Shown: positions 27,635-41,034, numbered from the stretch's first letter. The stretch is 64,000 bases of DNA from Eledone cirrhosa (GCA_964016885.1 OZ024763.1:17546001-17610000), one strand, 5' to 3'. The notes: generated by a model not told the origin, from the sequence alone. Made by a program: numbers and translations.

Positions 27635-29420
27635 TAATAATAATAATAATAATAATAATGAAGTTATTGTGTACAGTGCTCAGGTGCACTACAACTCATC
27701 AAAGGTGCATGTATAGTACATAGAATAATGTACAAATTGAACAGTGTATGAGTCATGGTATACATGTGTGTGTGTATAGAGAGGGGACATCAGGTGCAGT
27801 GTTGGTGAATTTCAGGAATCATGGAGGTTTTAAAGGATGCAGTGTTCCGGCAGCTAACAACTGATGCAGTTAGTTTGTTCCATGGAGGTTTTAAAGGATG
27901 CAGTGTCTCGACAGCTAACAACTGATGCAGTTAGTTTGTTCCATGGAGGTTTTAAAGGATGCAGTGTCTCGACAGCTAACAACTGATGCAGTTAGTTTGT
28001 TCCATGGAGGTTTTAAAGGATGCAGTGTCTCGACAGCTAACAACTGATGCAGTTAGTTTGTTCCATGGAGGTTTTAAAGGATGCAGTGTCTCGACAGCTA
28101 ACAACTGATGCAGGTAGTTTGTTCCATGGAGGTTTTAAAGGATGCAGTGTCTCGACAGCTAACAACTGATGCAGGTAGTTTGTTCCATGGAGGTTTTAAA
28201 GGATGCAGTGTCTCGACAGCTAACAACTGATGCAGGTAGTTTGTTCCATGGAGGTTTTAAAGGATGCAGTGTCTCGACAGCTAACAACTGATGCAGTTAG
28301 TTTGTTCCATGGAGGTTTTAAAGGATGCAGTGTCTCGACAGCTAACAACTGATGCAGGTAGTTTGTTCCATGGAGGTTTTAAAGGATGCAGTGTCTCGAC
28401 AGCTAACAACTGATGCAGGTAGTTTGTTCCATGGAGGTTTTGAAGGATGCAGTGTCTCGACAGCTAATAACTGATGCAGGTAGTTTGTTCCATGGAAGTT
28501 TTAAAGGATGCAGTGTCTCGACAGCTAACAACTGATGCAGGTAGTTTGTTCCATGGAGGTTTTAAAGGATGCAGTGTCTCGACAGCTAACAACTGATGCA
28601 GGTAGTTTGTTCCATGGAAGTTTTTAAAGGATGCAGTGTCTCGGCAGCTAACAACCGATGCAGGTAGTTTGTTCCATGGAGGTTTTAAAGGATCCAGTGT
28701 CTCGACAGCTAACAACTGATGCAGGTAGTTTGTTCCATGGAAGTTTTTAAAGGATGCAGTGTCTCGGCAGCTAACAACCGATGCAGGTAGTTTGTTCCAT
28801 GGAGGTTTTAAAGGATCCAGTGTCTCGACAGCTAACAACTGATGCAGGTAGTTTGTTCCATGGAAGTTTTTAAAGGATGCAGTGTCTCGGCAGCTAACAA
28901 CCGATGCAGGTAGTTTGTTCCATGGAGGTTTTAAAGGATGCAGTGTCTCGGCAGCTAACAACTGATGCAGGTAGTTTGTTCCATGGAGGTTTTAAAGGAT
29001 GCAGTGTCTCGACAGCTAACAACTGATGCAGGTAGTTTGTTCCATGGAGGTTTTAAAGGATGTAGTGTCTCGACAGCTAACAACTGATGCAGTTAGTTTG
29101 TTCCATGCTTCAGCAACTCTGAGCGTGAAAAAATGTTTCCGAAAGCAATGGGAGTTGTGCTGTTTGCTAACTTTGTAGGCATGCCCACGGGTGTTAGACA
29201 CATGGAATTGAAAATGGTGCTCAGGGTTGTTGTTGGCAAGATGGTTAATAATTTTGGAGGTGCCTCCAAGTCAGTTGCCAGATGTCAGAGCTTTAATGTA
29301 TCCATGCTCAGGAAGCATCTCCATGGGTGTTAGACACATGGAATTCAAAAAGGATGCTCAGGGTGTTGTTGGCAAGATGGTTAATAATTTTGTGGGTGTT
29401 TACCAAGTCAGTTTACCAAA
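27635..29420 (-). mobile_element. CR1-clade LINE 3' fragment containing a 59-bp tandem array
   Basis: TRGHAYKV..RKHFFTLRVAEAWNKL.ASVVSCRDTASFK; (TTA)n tail at about 27635-27660. Confidence 0.85.
27821..29106. repeat. 59-bp tandem repeat, ~22 copies
   Basis: catggaggttttaaaggatgcagtgtctcgacagctaacaactgatgcaggtagtttgttc. Confidence 0.95.
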
Positions 29421-29481
29421 TTAAATAATTAAATATTTCCAGACTAATATGTCTAATTCTCCTTATTTTCTATTTATCCAG

Positions 29482-29562
29482 GGGTCATATTGGGCAATTG
29501 ACAACAATCCCTCTGATGATCCGGTGCCCTCTCGGCAGAAACGAAGGCGACTAAACGAAAGA
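29482..29562 (+). CDS. FoxJ2/3: Internal exon of a forkhead-box gene (FoxJ2/FoxJ3 class): end of the forkhead domain plus a basic NLS-like tract
   Basis: ctccttattttctatttatccag|GGG...AGA|gtaagt, 81 bp, phase 0/0. Encodes GSYWAIDNNPSDDPVPSRQKRRRLNER, compared from memory with vertebrate FOXJ3 GSYWAIDTNPKED..PTRPKKRARSVER. Confidence 0.88.
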
Positions 29563-29618
29563 GTAAGTATTACTGTTAATATATATCATATGTGTACAGG
29601 GGGCCTCATTTTCCTTAA

Positions 29619-30974
29619 CCCTTTAACATTTAAACCAGCCATAACTGGCCAGAATTCCTTCACCTCTTCCTGTTCAAACCGGCTGTAACTAGCCACTCAT
29701 GTTTAGGTTAAGGTATTGTTCTCAAAATAAATAATTGTTTCTACTTTTGGCACAAGGCCAGCAATTACCCCAGTACATTACTGGTACTTTATTTTGTTGA
29801 CCCCGCAAGGATGGAAGGCAAAGTTAACCTCGGCGGGATTCGACCTCAGATCGCAAAGGGAAGTAACTATGCTGCAGAGCATGGCGCCCGACCCTCTGCC
29901 GATACTGCCAATCCACCGCTCTCAAAATAAATAATATCAAAATTTCATAGATTCAATATTATGTGAGATATTATGTGAGGTAAAGCCTTTACTGTGGAAA
30001 TACAATAGTATATATAGAGTAATGTGTATGTTATGTGAGATATTATGTAAGGTAAAGCCTTTACTGTGAAAATACAATAGTATATATAGAGTAATGTAAA
30101 TATTATGTGAGATATTATGTGAGGTAAAGCCTTTACTGTGGAAGTACAATAGTATATATAGAGTAATGTAAATGTTATGTGAGATATTATGTGAGGTAAA
30201 GCCTTTACTGTGGAAGTACAATAGTATATATAGAGTAATGTGAATGTTATGTGAGATATTATGTGAGGTAAAGCCTTTACTATGAAAATACAATAGTATA
30301 TATAGAGTAATGTAAATGTTATGTGAGATATTATGTGAGGTAAAGCCTTTACCATGAAAATATAATAGTATGTATAGAGTAATGTGAATGTTATGTGAGA
30401 TATTATGTGAGGTAAAGCCTTTACTGTGAAAATACAATAGTATATATAGAGTAATGTAAATGTTATGTGAGATATTATGTGAGGTAAAGCCTTTACTGTG
30501 AAAATACAATAGTATATATAGAGTAATGTGAATGTTATGTGAGATATTATGTGAGGTAAAGCCTTTACCATGAAAATACAATAGTATATATAGAGTAATG
30601 TGAATGTTATGTGAGATATTATGTGAGGTAAAGCCTTTACTGTGAAAATACAATAGTATATATAGAGTAATGTGAATGTTATGTGAGATATTATGTGAGG
30701 TAAAGCCTTTACCATGAAAATACAATAGTATATATAGAGTAATGTGAATGTTATGTGAGATATTATGTGAGGTAAAGCCTTTACTGTGAAAATACAATAG
30801 TATATATAGAGTAATGTGAATGTTATGTGAGATATTATGTGAGGTAAAGCCTTTACTGTGAAAATACAATAGTATATATAGAGTAATGTAAATGTTATGT
30901 GAGATATTATGTGAGGTAAAGCCTTTACTGTGAAAATACAATAGTATATATAGAGTAATGTAAATGCTAAAGGG
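29619..30974. mobile_element. TTAA MITE (opposite orientation to 10252-11681) with ~17 internal 60-bp units and a nested SINE
   Basis: ttaa|CCCTTTAACATTTA ... TAAATGCTAAAGGG|ttaa; 14-bp TIR. Confidence 0.9.
29736..29919 (-). mobile_element. tRNA-derived SINE family C, full length, with 16-bp TSD
   Basis: TSD tctcaaaataaataat at 29720-29735 and 29920-29935. B-box-like ggtcgaatccc, then gccttccatccttgcggggtcaacaaaataaagtaccag, which resembles my recollection of the Meta-SINE central domain. Confidence 0.85.
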
Positions 30975-31214
30975 TTAAAGATGTGAGGGGTCAAACCACC
31001 ATTTGTTGATTCTTAAAGGGGCATGTTAGTATTGCTTATTGTGCCTTTCTCAGACCCTATCACATAAGTAAGATTATACACTAATTAAATTTGATATATT
31101 CAAATGAAATTTAGATATAAAAAAAATAAGCTTAAAAAGAATTTATTTTATCAAAGAAACAAAAAATGAAACATAGCCGTTTGAATAAAAAAAAATATAA
31201 AGTAAATTTGTCTT

Positions 31215-31400
31215 TTAGAACTTTCCAAATGTATCATAACTCGCGTCATTGCTGTCAATAAATAATTTAGTAACTTCTTCACAACTAATCTTTCTCAAAA
31301 CATCTCTATGAACGTGGCATATTAGAATATAATTCAACCTTTGCTGCCAACTTTTGAGTCCTCACAGAGCGCTAAAAGATCTTTCAACTGAGTTGAGCTT
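31215..31400 (-). pseudogene. hAT-family transposase C-terminal (dimerization domain) remnant
   Basis: Hand translation: SVERSFSAL*GLKSWQQRLNYILICHVHRDVL..FGKF*; ERSFS..RL..L..H motif. Confidence 0.75.
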
Positions 31401-31564
31401 TTTTTAATTTTTAACAAATGGATGTAAATATCGAACGGACAAAATTCAATACCGATCGTATCTTAGGGTCTATATATAAATATCGACAGTCGATCGACTT
31501 TAAACCAAATCAGACCAAGGAAACAATGTTTCTATTGGTCTTTCCAATTGCTAATACTATCTAT

Positions 31565-31981
31565 CAGTCACAACTTCAGGTAGAAGGCGCAACGTGAAAA
31601 AAATGTCTTGCTCAAGGATGTAACGCATCGTCTGGTCTAGGAATCAAACTAAAAAAAACCTGACGATTGCAAATCCAATTCTCTAACCACTCGGCCACGT
31701 GCCTAGAAAGTTTCCCTCCGAGGCACAAGTCCTGGGCAAGGTTGTTTGTGGAAGACCAGCAGTCACCCATGCATACCATTCTCCCCTCTCCACGCCACCA
31801 ATGATGTCCAAGGGAAAGGCAATGACCGATACAGCTTGGCACCAGTGACATCGCAACTCATTTCTACAGCAAAATGAAATAAAGTGTCTTGCTGAAGGAC
31901 ACAACACATCACCCGGTCCGAGAATCGAACTCACAACCTTTCGATTGCAAGCCCAATACTCTAACCACTCAGCCACGTGCC
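31565..31981 (-). mobile_element. Two tandem SINEs of family B (same tRNA head and CORE as A, different tail)
   Basis: Heads ggcacgtggc(t/c)gagtggttagag begin at 31981 and 31703 on the - strand; tail gcgatgtcactggtgccaagctgtatcgg..ggacttgtgcctcggagg. Confidence 0.8.
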
Positions 31982-32775
31982 ATCAAAATATATGCACATG
32001 TAAAAATATGTAATATCCACATGTATCACTTGTTAGTGGGATTTTCTTTGTGTTTTTTAATTGGGAAAAAGAGATGGTTTGTGCCCTGTTCCTGAAAAAG
32101 TGGGGTGGAGGGGGATTTGTCCCCTGGTACCCCCCTGAAGCAAGGCCCTTGTATGTGTATATATATTATGCATGAGGCTCTTACCTTCCCTTTCAGACAA
32201 CTCTTTTTTACCGTTCCCTCGGTCAAGCCCTTGTAGCTCAAACCTTGAAGAGGAGCCTGGAGCGTCTATGCCATGCCTTTTTACCCTACCCTCAGTCCAA
32301 CCCCAGTGGCGCAAATTCTGAAGAAAAGCCTGAGTCATTTACCCTCTCTCTCACCCACCCAAATTGTTTGCGTTGGGCCTAAAAAGTAGAAACAATCACC
32401 CTCGTCTAATCAATTGACTATATTCTAAAACACACACACACACATACATACATACATATACACACACACATACATACATACACACACATACATATACATA
32501 CACACACATACATACATACACATACATACACACACATACACATACATACACACATACATACATACACACACACACATACATATACACACATACATACACA
32601 TACATACACACATACATACACATACACACACACATACATATACACATACACACATACATACACATACTTATACACACACATACATATATACATACACACA
32701 CATACATACATACATACACACATACATATACACACACATACACATACATACATACACACACACACATACATACAC

Positions 32776-32816
<41 letters not shown>

Positions 32817-32869
32817 TACACATACATACATACACACACACACACACATACACATACATACACACATAA

Positions 32870-32923
<54 letters not shown>

Positions 32924-33649
32924 ACACACATACATACATACATACATACACACACACAAATAAAAATCAATACTTTCTATACGAGATCTTTATTTATTTG
33001 ACACAGTTGCTTGAAATATTTTACTTAAAATTCTACTTCTTTCTTTCATTTCCCCCCCCCCCCTTCATTTTTTGGCCCTGAAATTAAAAAACGATGTTTG
33101 CTAAAATAGATTCTTCAGATGTTTCGGTGTGGAGGAGGGGTGTGTGTTTGTGGGAAATATTTGTGAAATTCCCAGTTAATATTTAAATTTCATTACTCTA
33201 CTCAAAGATTATAGTTGGGTTTTTTGTTGGTTTTTTTTGCTTGTTTTTTTTTAGGTTTTGTTTTTTTATCAGACCTAATTCAGATTTTTGGTAAAATATA
33301 AAAATGTCCATGTTAACCATATAATTTTCTGGCTTTAATTAACGCAAATGATTTGAATTTCACACAAAGTTAGGCTTTATTTTTTTAGATTTTATTTATT
33401 TTTTATTTAAAATTTTTTTTTTTTTTTTTTTGGTGGAAAACTATCTAATTAGAACATTTTGATGTTTCTTTCTAGATCTGTCTTATTTTTTTTTTTTAAT
33501 TTGTTAGAAAATCTTTAAATAATAATATGTAAATGTTATTTAACTTATTTCGATGTGAATATATATATATGAGTACCTGCTTTGTCTCACTCATCAGTTT
33601 TTCACAGTTTAGTCCAAAGCATGGCATAACTCGGGCTTCTTTTTGTAAT

Positions 33650-35210
33650 TTGATCCACTGGGGTTGGACCGAGGGCAGGGTAAAAGGCATGAGACCCTGG
33701 CTCCCCTTTGGGGCTTGAGCCAGAAGGGACTTGACTGAGGGGAAAGTAAAAGGTGTGACATAGATGACTCAGGGTCCTCTTTGCTTTTTGAGCCACTGGG
33801 GCTGGACTGAGGGAAAGGTAAAAAGAGATGGCATAGATATCTGGGGCTCTTCTTCATGGTTTGATCCACTGGGGCTGGACTGAGGGAAAGGTAAAAAGAG
33901 ATGGCATAGATATCTGGGGCTCTTCTTCATGGTTTGATCCACTGGGGCTGGACTGAGGGAAAGGTAAAAAGAGATGGCATAGATATCTGGGGCTCTTCTT
34001 CATGGTTTGATCCACTGGGGCTGGACTGAGGGAAAGGTAAAAAGAGATGGCATAGATATCTGGGGCTCTTCTTCATGGTTTGATCCACTGGGGCTGGACT
34101 GAGGGAAAGGTAAAAAGAGATGGCATAGATATCTGGGGCTCTTCTTCATGGTTTGATCCACTGGGGCTGGACTGAGGGAAAGGTAAAAAGAGATGGCATA
34201 GATATCTGGGGCTCTTCTTCATGGTTTGATCCTCAGGGGCTGGACTGAGGGAAAGGTAAAAAGAGATGGCATAGATATCTGGGGCTCTTCTTCATGGTTT
34301 GATCCACTGGGGCTGGACTGAGGGAAAGGTAAAAAGAGATGGCATAGATATCTGGGGCTCTTCTTCATGGTTTGATCCACTGGGGCTGGACTGAGGGAAA
34401 GGTAAAAAGAGATGGCATAGATATCTGGGGCTCTTCTTCATGGTTTGATCCTCAGGGGCTGGACTGAGGGAAAGGTAAAAAGAGATGGCATAGATATCTG
34501 GGGCTCTTCTTCATGGTTTGATCCACTGGGGCTGGACTGATGGAAAGGTAAAAAGAGATGGCATAGATATCTGGGGCTCTTCTTCATGGTTTGATCCACT
34601 GGGGCTGGACTGAGGGAAAAGTAAAAAGGGATGGCATAGATATCTGGGGCTCTTCTTCATGGTTTGATCCACTGGGGCTGGACTGATGGAAAGGTAAAAA
34701 GAGATGGCATAGATATCTGGGGCTCTTCTTCATGGTTTGATCCTCTGGGGCTGGACTGATGGAAAGGTAAAAAGAGATGGCATAGATATCTGGGGCTCTT
34801 CTTCATGGTTTGATCCACTGGGGCTGGACTGAGGGAAAAGTAAAAAGAGATGGCATAGATATCTGGGGCTCTTCTTCATGGTTTGATCCACTGGGGCTGG
34901 ACTGAGGGAAAGGTAAAAAGAGATGGCATAGATATCTGGGGCTCTTCTTCATGGTTTGATCCACTGGGGCTGGACTGAGGGAAAAGTAAAAAGGGATGGC
35001 ATAGATATCTGGGGCTCTTCTTCATGGTTTGATCCACTGGGGCTGGACTGAGGGAAAAGTAAAAAGGGATGGCATAGATAATGAAGGCTTCTCTTCATGG
35101 TTTGAGCCACTGCGGTTGGATCGAGAAGGTAAAAGGCATGGCGTAGATATCTGGGGCTCTTCTTCATGGTTTGATCCCACTGGGGCTGGACCGAGACGAA
35201 GGTAAAAGCG
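33650..35210. repeat. 73-bp tandem repeat, ~21 copies, degenerate at both edges
   Basis: ccactggggctggactgagggaaaggtaaaaagagatggcatagatatctggggctcttcttcatggtttgat. Confidence 0.95.
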
Positions 35211-35759
35211 CCAGACAGGCTGCATAACAATCTTCCCATTCTGAGGTGGTAGGTCCCTCATCGGCAATGATACATGATGCTCTGATGATGTTGATGATAG
35301 TGATGATGTGGATGATGGTGATGATGATGGTGGTGATGTTGATGATGGTGATGTGGGTGATGTTGATGTTGGTGACGGTGATGATGATCATGATGCTACA
35401 GTTGATGATGATGATGGTGACGATGATGATAATGATTATGGTGATGATGGTAGAAGCTCACACAACTGCCCCCCCCCCTCTCCCACATACACACACACAC
35501 AGCTTTAGTTACAATTTCCGGTGATCACCACCACCATCACCATCACCATCACCATCACCCTCACCATCACCACCACCATCACCACCACCATCACCATCAT
35601 TGTAATTATTTCCTTTTAGTTTGTTTGTTTTTTTTTCAATTTTTTTCATATATTAAAATTCAAAGTTTTTATTTTCAAATTTTTTCAAGAAAAAAGACAG
35701 AATTATTACTTAATAAACAACAATGTATTAAGTATTTTATTTCTTGTTAGACATATCTT

Positions 35760-35792
<33 letters not shown>

Positions 35793-35800
35793 GGAGATAT

Positions 35801-35832
<32 letters not shown>

Positions 35833-35898
35833 TATATTATATATATATATATATAGAGAGAGAGAGAAAGAGAGAGAGAGAGAAAGAGAGAGATATAT

Positions 35899-35929
<31 letters not shown>

Positions 35930-35979
35930 TGATATATATTATATATATATAGAGAGAGAGAGAGAGTGAGAGAGAGAGA

Positions 35980-36012
<33 letters not shown>

Positions 36013-36035
36013 GTGAGAGAGAGAGATATATATTG

Positions 36036-36070
<35 letters not shown>

Positions 36071-36081
36071 TGAAAGAGAGT

Positions 36082-36154
<73 letters not shown>

Positions 36155-36561
36155 GAGAGAGATATATATATTATATATATAGAGAGAGAGAGCGGACTTA
36201 AAATGATGATATATATAATAATAATAATAATGAAATATTGTGTACAGTGCTCAGGTGCACTACAAATCATCAAAAAGTGTATGTATAGTACATAGGGTAA
36301 TGTACAAACGTCAGGAAAATGAACAGTGCACGAGTCATGATATACACATGTGTGCATGTGTATGGAAGGGGGACACCAGGTGTAGTTTTGGCGTATTTCG
36401 GGAAGCATGAGTGTCTTAAAGGATGCAGTGTCTCGGCAGCTAACAATTGACACAGGCAGTTTGTTCCATGCTTCAGCAACTCTATTAATATATATATATA
36501 GAGAGTGATATATATATTATATATATATATATTATATATTTTATATATATATAGAGAGAGT

Positions 36562-36599
<38 letters not shown>

Positions 36600-37175
36600 T
36601 TTATATATATAGAGAGAGAGAGAGAGAGAGTGAGATATATATATATATTATATATTTTATATTTTATATATATATAGAGAGAGAGAGAGAGTGAGATATA
36701 TATATATTATATATTTTATATATATATATATATAGAGAGAGAGAGTGAGATATATATATATTATATATTTTATATATATAGAGAGAGATATATATATAGA
36801 GAGAGAGAGAGTGAGATATATATATATATTATATATTTTATATATATATATATAGAGAGAGAGAGAGTGAGATATATATATATATATTATATATTTTATA
36901 TATATATAGAGAGAGAGAGTGAGATATATATATATATATATTATATATTTTATATATATATATATAGAGAGAGAGAGAGTGAGATATATATATATATATA
37001 TTATATATTTTATATATATATAGAGAGAGAGAGTGAGATATATATATATATATATTATATATTTTATATATATATATAGAGAGAGAGAGAGTGAGATATA
37101 TATATATATATATACAGAGAGAGAGTGAGAAAGATATATATTATATATATATATATTATATACATATATTACATA

Positions 37176-37210
<35 letters not shown>
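35760..37210. repeat. Compound (TA)n(GA)n minisatellite interrupted by a CR1 fragment
   Basis: Repeating gagatatata..ttatatattttatatata..gagagagt units. Confidence 0.85.
36215..36484 (-). mobile_element. CR1 3' end fragment with a single copy of the 59-bp unit
   Basis: Matches 27635-27880 and 29100-29120. Confidence 0.85.
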
Positions 37211-37213
<3 letters not shown>

Positions 37214-37537
37214 GGAGGCACATAGCTTAGTGGTTAGAGCATTGGCTTTGCAATCAAAAGGTTGTGAGTTCAATTCTCAGACCGGGTGATGTGTTATTTC
37301 CTTGAGCAAGACACTTTATTTCACATTGCTCCAGTTTACTCAGCTGTAGAAATGAGATGATAGGGACTGGGGTCCATATCATTCCACTGCAAAGTGGTCG
37401 TGGAGGTGCCACGGCAAAAAAGCACCCAGCACTCACTGTAAATGAGGTTGGTGTTAGGAAGGGCATCCAGCTGTAGAAATCAAGCCAGAATCAGCAGGGA
37501 AAAAGCGGACGTAAAAATTATGAAAAAAAATGATGAT
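37214..37537 (+). mobile_element. SINE family A copy
   Basis: ggaggcacatagcttagtggttagagc..gagttcaattctc..gcggacgtaaaa. Confidence 0.85.
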
Positions 37538-37760
37538 TATATATATATGTATATATTATATATTATATATATTATATATTATATATATAAATATCCCCTC
37601 CCATCTCCCCCCCACCACCACATCCGACCATTCTAAACAGTATGGACACTCGTGTTCATGAAACCATATTCGTTTTGTTGTTGTGCATTTAAAATTTCTG
37701 AAGTCTGTTTAAAATGACAATAGTTTCCTTTTAGTTTTATCTGTCTATTACACATATGTG

Positions 37761-37823
<63 letters not shown>

Positions 37824-37921
37824 ATATACATATATATGTGTGTGTGTATATATATATGTGTACGTATATATGTGTGTGTATATATGTTTATTATTTATAT
37901 ATATACACACACACACACACT

Positions 37922-37995
<74 letters not shown>

Positions 37996-38082
37996 CATAT
38001 ATATACATAGATATACATATAGATATATATACATTTATATTTATATATATATATATGTATATATACATATATATAAATATAC

Positions 38083-38147
<65 letters not shown>

Positions 38148-38152
38148 TATAC

Positions 38153-38185
<33 letters not shown>

Positions 38186-38236
38186 TACATTCATACATAT
38201 ACACACACACACAAATACATATATACATATATACAT

Positions 38237-38269
<33 letters not shown>

Positions 38270-38707
38270 CACATATATATAACAGAAGAGACTTTAATTG
38301 TTAGAATTCATTGTTCTGTTAACAAGTCTCAATATACAATATATACAATATATACAATATATACAATATATCTACGCCTGTCTTATCAACACAGATATCT
38401 TGATCCTCTAAGTTTTTTGTCAATTCAAAAGACCACCGCTTTATCAGACTCTACTCAAACCACTTCTTATCTTTTTATCTTAATTCCATCTTAACTTAAA
38501 TTTTTATGCCATTACAGATTTTTCTTGGGTGTTTTTTGTTGTTGTTGTTGTTTTTTTTTGTGGGGTTTTTTTTTCTTCTGCTGCTGACATATTTAATAGT
38601 TAAATATATTTTAAAGAGATTATCTCTCACTATTGGGGGTTTTTTTTTAATGTTTTAAAGTGCTTAAAAAATAATGAAATAACTATAGATAGATAGATAG
38701 ATGGATT

Positions 38708-38752
<45 letters not shown>

Positions 38753-38995
38753 GTTGATAGGATGGTAGATAGATAGGGAGATAGATAGATAGATATAGAT
38801 AGATAACAGATAGATAGACAGACAGACAGATAGACCAACAGACAGATAGACCAACAGACAGATAGATCAACAGACAGATAGACCAACAGACAGATAGATC
38901 AACAGACAGATAGATCAACAGACAGATAGATCAACAGACAGATAGATCAACAGACAGATAGACCAACAGACAGATAGATGTATAGACAGATAGAT

Positions 38996-39978
38996 ATGTT
39001 TCTTTTATTTGCCACCAGGGCATCAAGAGTGGGACAAGTACAATGGGGGGAGTTTACACAAAAAAGCGTCCTCAATAAGGAGGAGGCAATAACAGAATAT
39101 AAAAATAAAATAAAATATAACAAAAAATAAAATTTATAACAAAATCCTCAATAGAGAGGAGGCGCCTTGGGGGGTCGCACACACCCCCGAAAAAAGTGTG
39201 CAACCCTTCTCCTCAGGAGCACAGAGAGGGGGTGCTCCCTCGTTCCTTCCTCTTTTGCACCTACAGGCTTATGTAAAGAGAAGGCCCATTCACTCGGGCC
39301 ATTCTCGCCACTTTCACCCACCTTTCATAAAAACGGCTGGGGTGCAGCACCTCTCTCTCCATCCTGATCCTTCTTCCGAAATGATATCGGAAGAAACGTC
39401 CCAGTTGTTGGCCAGAGAGAAAGGTGTCTGACCTCAGTCCTTTCAGACGCGTCCACCATACAACCTCTTTCGCCATGGCTATTACGCACAGAAACACCGC
39501 CTCTTCTTCGTTTTTGAAGAGGGGAGGCGGCTTGATCATTACAATAGACTCGGTGGTCAACCTGATCGGTCCCACCCTTGACAGCAGTTGTTCGACATAG
39601 CCCCACAGATCGGCAATGCCCGAGCAGTGTACCAATGCGTGTGCAACGGTTTCCTCGTCGCACACGCATCTGGGACAGATCTTTTTCGAGGGGTCCCTAC
39701 CCGGGCGCCCGTGTCTGTAGAGCCTTTCTCGAACGGGCAGAGCCCTTCTGTAGCATTGCCAGGCCAGGGACCTCTGGAAGTTATCCATGGGTCCCGGACT
39801 GAATGTCCTACCGAACAGGTTGGCCAGTTCGTCTTCCTCCATGCCTAGGGCTTCTCCGAGGGCGTCGTCGCACCTGCTAACCACCAGCCCTCTATAGAAT
39901 GACGAGGTGGATTCTCCACTGACAGCCGGGTCCGCCTGCCAGAGAGCCGTGAGTGCCTGGGCACACTCGGTGTGCCAG
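38996..39978 (-). mobile_element. Tx1/L1-clade LINE 3' fragment (C-terminal zinc-binding region) inside (GATA/GACA)n
   Basis: AWQCYRRALPVRERL..CPRC..EETVAHALVHC..LW (CCHC); 3' end aataaaagaaacata followed by (TCTA)n. Confidence 0.85.
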
Positions 39979-40096
39979 AGACAGACAGACAGACAGATAG
40001 ACCAACATACAGATAGATAGACAGACAGATAGATGTATAGATAGATAGATGGATAGTTAAATAGATGGATTGATAGATAGATAGATAGATAGATAG

Positions 40097-40724
40097 AAAT
40101 AAGGTTCTATTGTCCGGTGATGTGGGCATGGCTGTGAAATCCCCAATAGGGGGGAGGCGCCACAAATGGGTTGTTTAATACCCCGTCGATAGAACAACCC
40201 TCAACTCCAGGAGCGTGTTGTGCAAGTGCTCCTTTCTTCCTTTTGCTCTCTTCCTCAACCTACAGGCTTATAAACAGATAGATAGATAGATAGATATATT
40301 TCTTTATTAGCCACAGGGGCACAAAAGAAGGGGACAAATACAAAGGGGGAAGTTTACATACAATAAAAACGTGTAAAATGTTATCACAAATGGAATTTAA
40401 AAAGTTAGTCGATTTTCCCCAATAGAGGGAGACAGTTTATATGGGTAACACATACCCCCGAAAAAAAATGTGCAACCCTCATCTCCAGGAGTACGAAGAG
40501 CTTGTACTCCCTTCCTCTCCTCCTCCTTTTCCTCAACCTACAGGCTGATATAGAGAGAAGGCCCATTCACTCGGGCCATTCTCGCCACTTTCACCCACCT
40601 TTCATAAAACTTGCTGGGGTACAGCAACTCTCTCTCCATCCTGGGGTACAGCACCTCTCTCTCCATCCTGATTCTTCTTCCAAAGTGGTATTTGAAAAAA
40701 AGAGATAGATAGATATATTTCTTT

Positions 40725-40730
<6 letters not shown>
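40097..40730 (-). mobile_element. Further 3' fragments of the same Tx1/L1-like family (40097-40272, 40296-40700, tiny end at about 40711-40726), each separated by (GATA)n
   Basis: FFKYHFGRRIRMEREVL..WVKVARMARVNGPSLYISL and gtggctaataaagaaatata(TCTA)n. Confidence 0.8.
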
Positions 40731-40771
<41 letters not shown>

Positions 40772-41034
40772 TATGAAAGGCAGGCAAAGTTGACTCCGGC
40801 AGGATTTGGACACAACGTAAAGTACTGTCACTATATACCATAGAGCAATGTTGTCTGATGCTCTACCAATTCTGCCAATCCATTGCCCCCCTGCAACATT
40901 ACTACTAAGTTGCTTTTATCAATGACTGAATGACTGAAGTCTCTCTAAGCAAGTCTAATTAGGAGAAAGAAAGAAAGAAAGAAAGAAGAAAAGAAAGATT
41001 CGTAGAAATACAAATAAAATAAACAAGAATTTCA

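Noticed and set aside
29505-29562. CTGATGA..GAAA hammerhead-like motif
   Set aside because: No TH cleavage site or stem I; the sequence is fully explained as the Fox exon.
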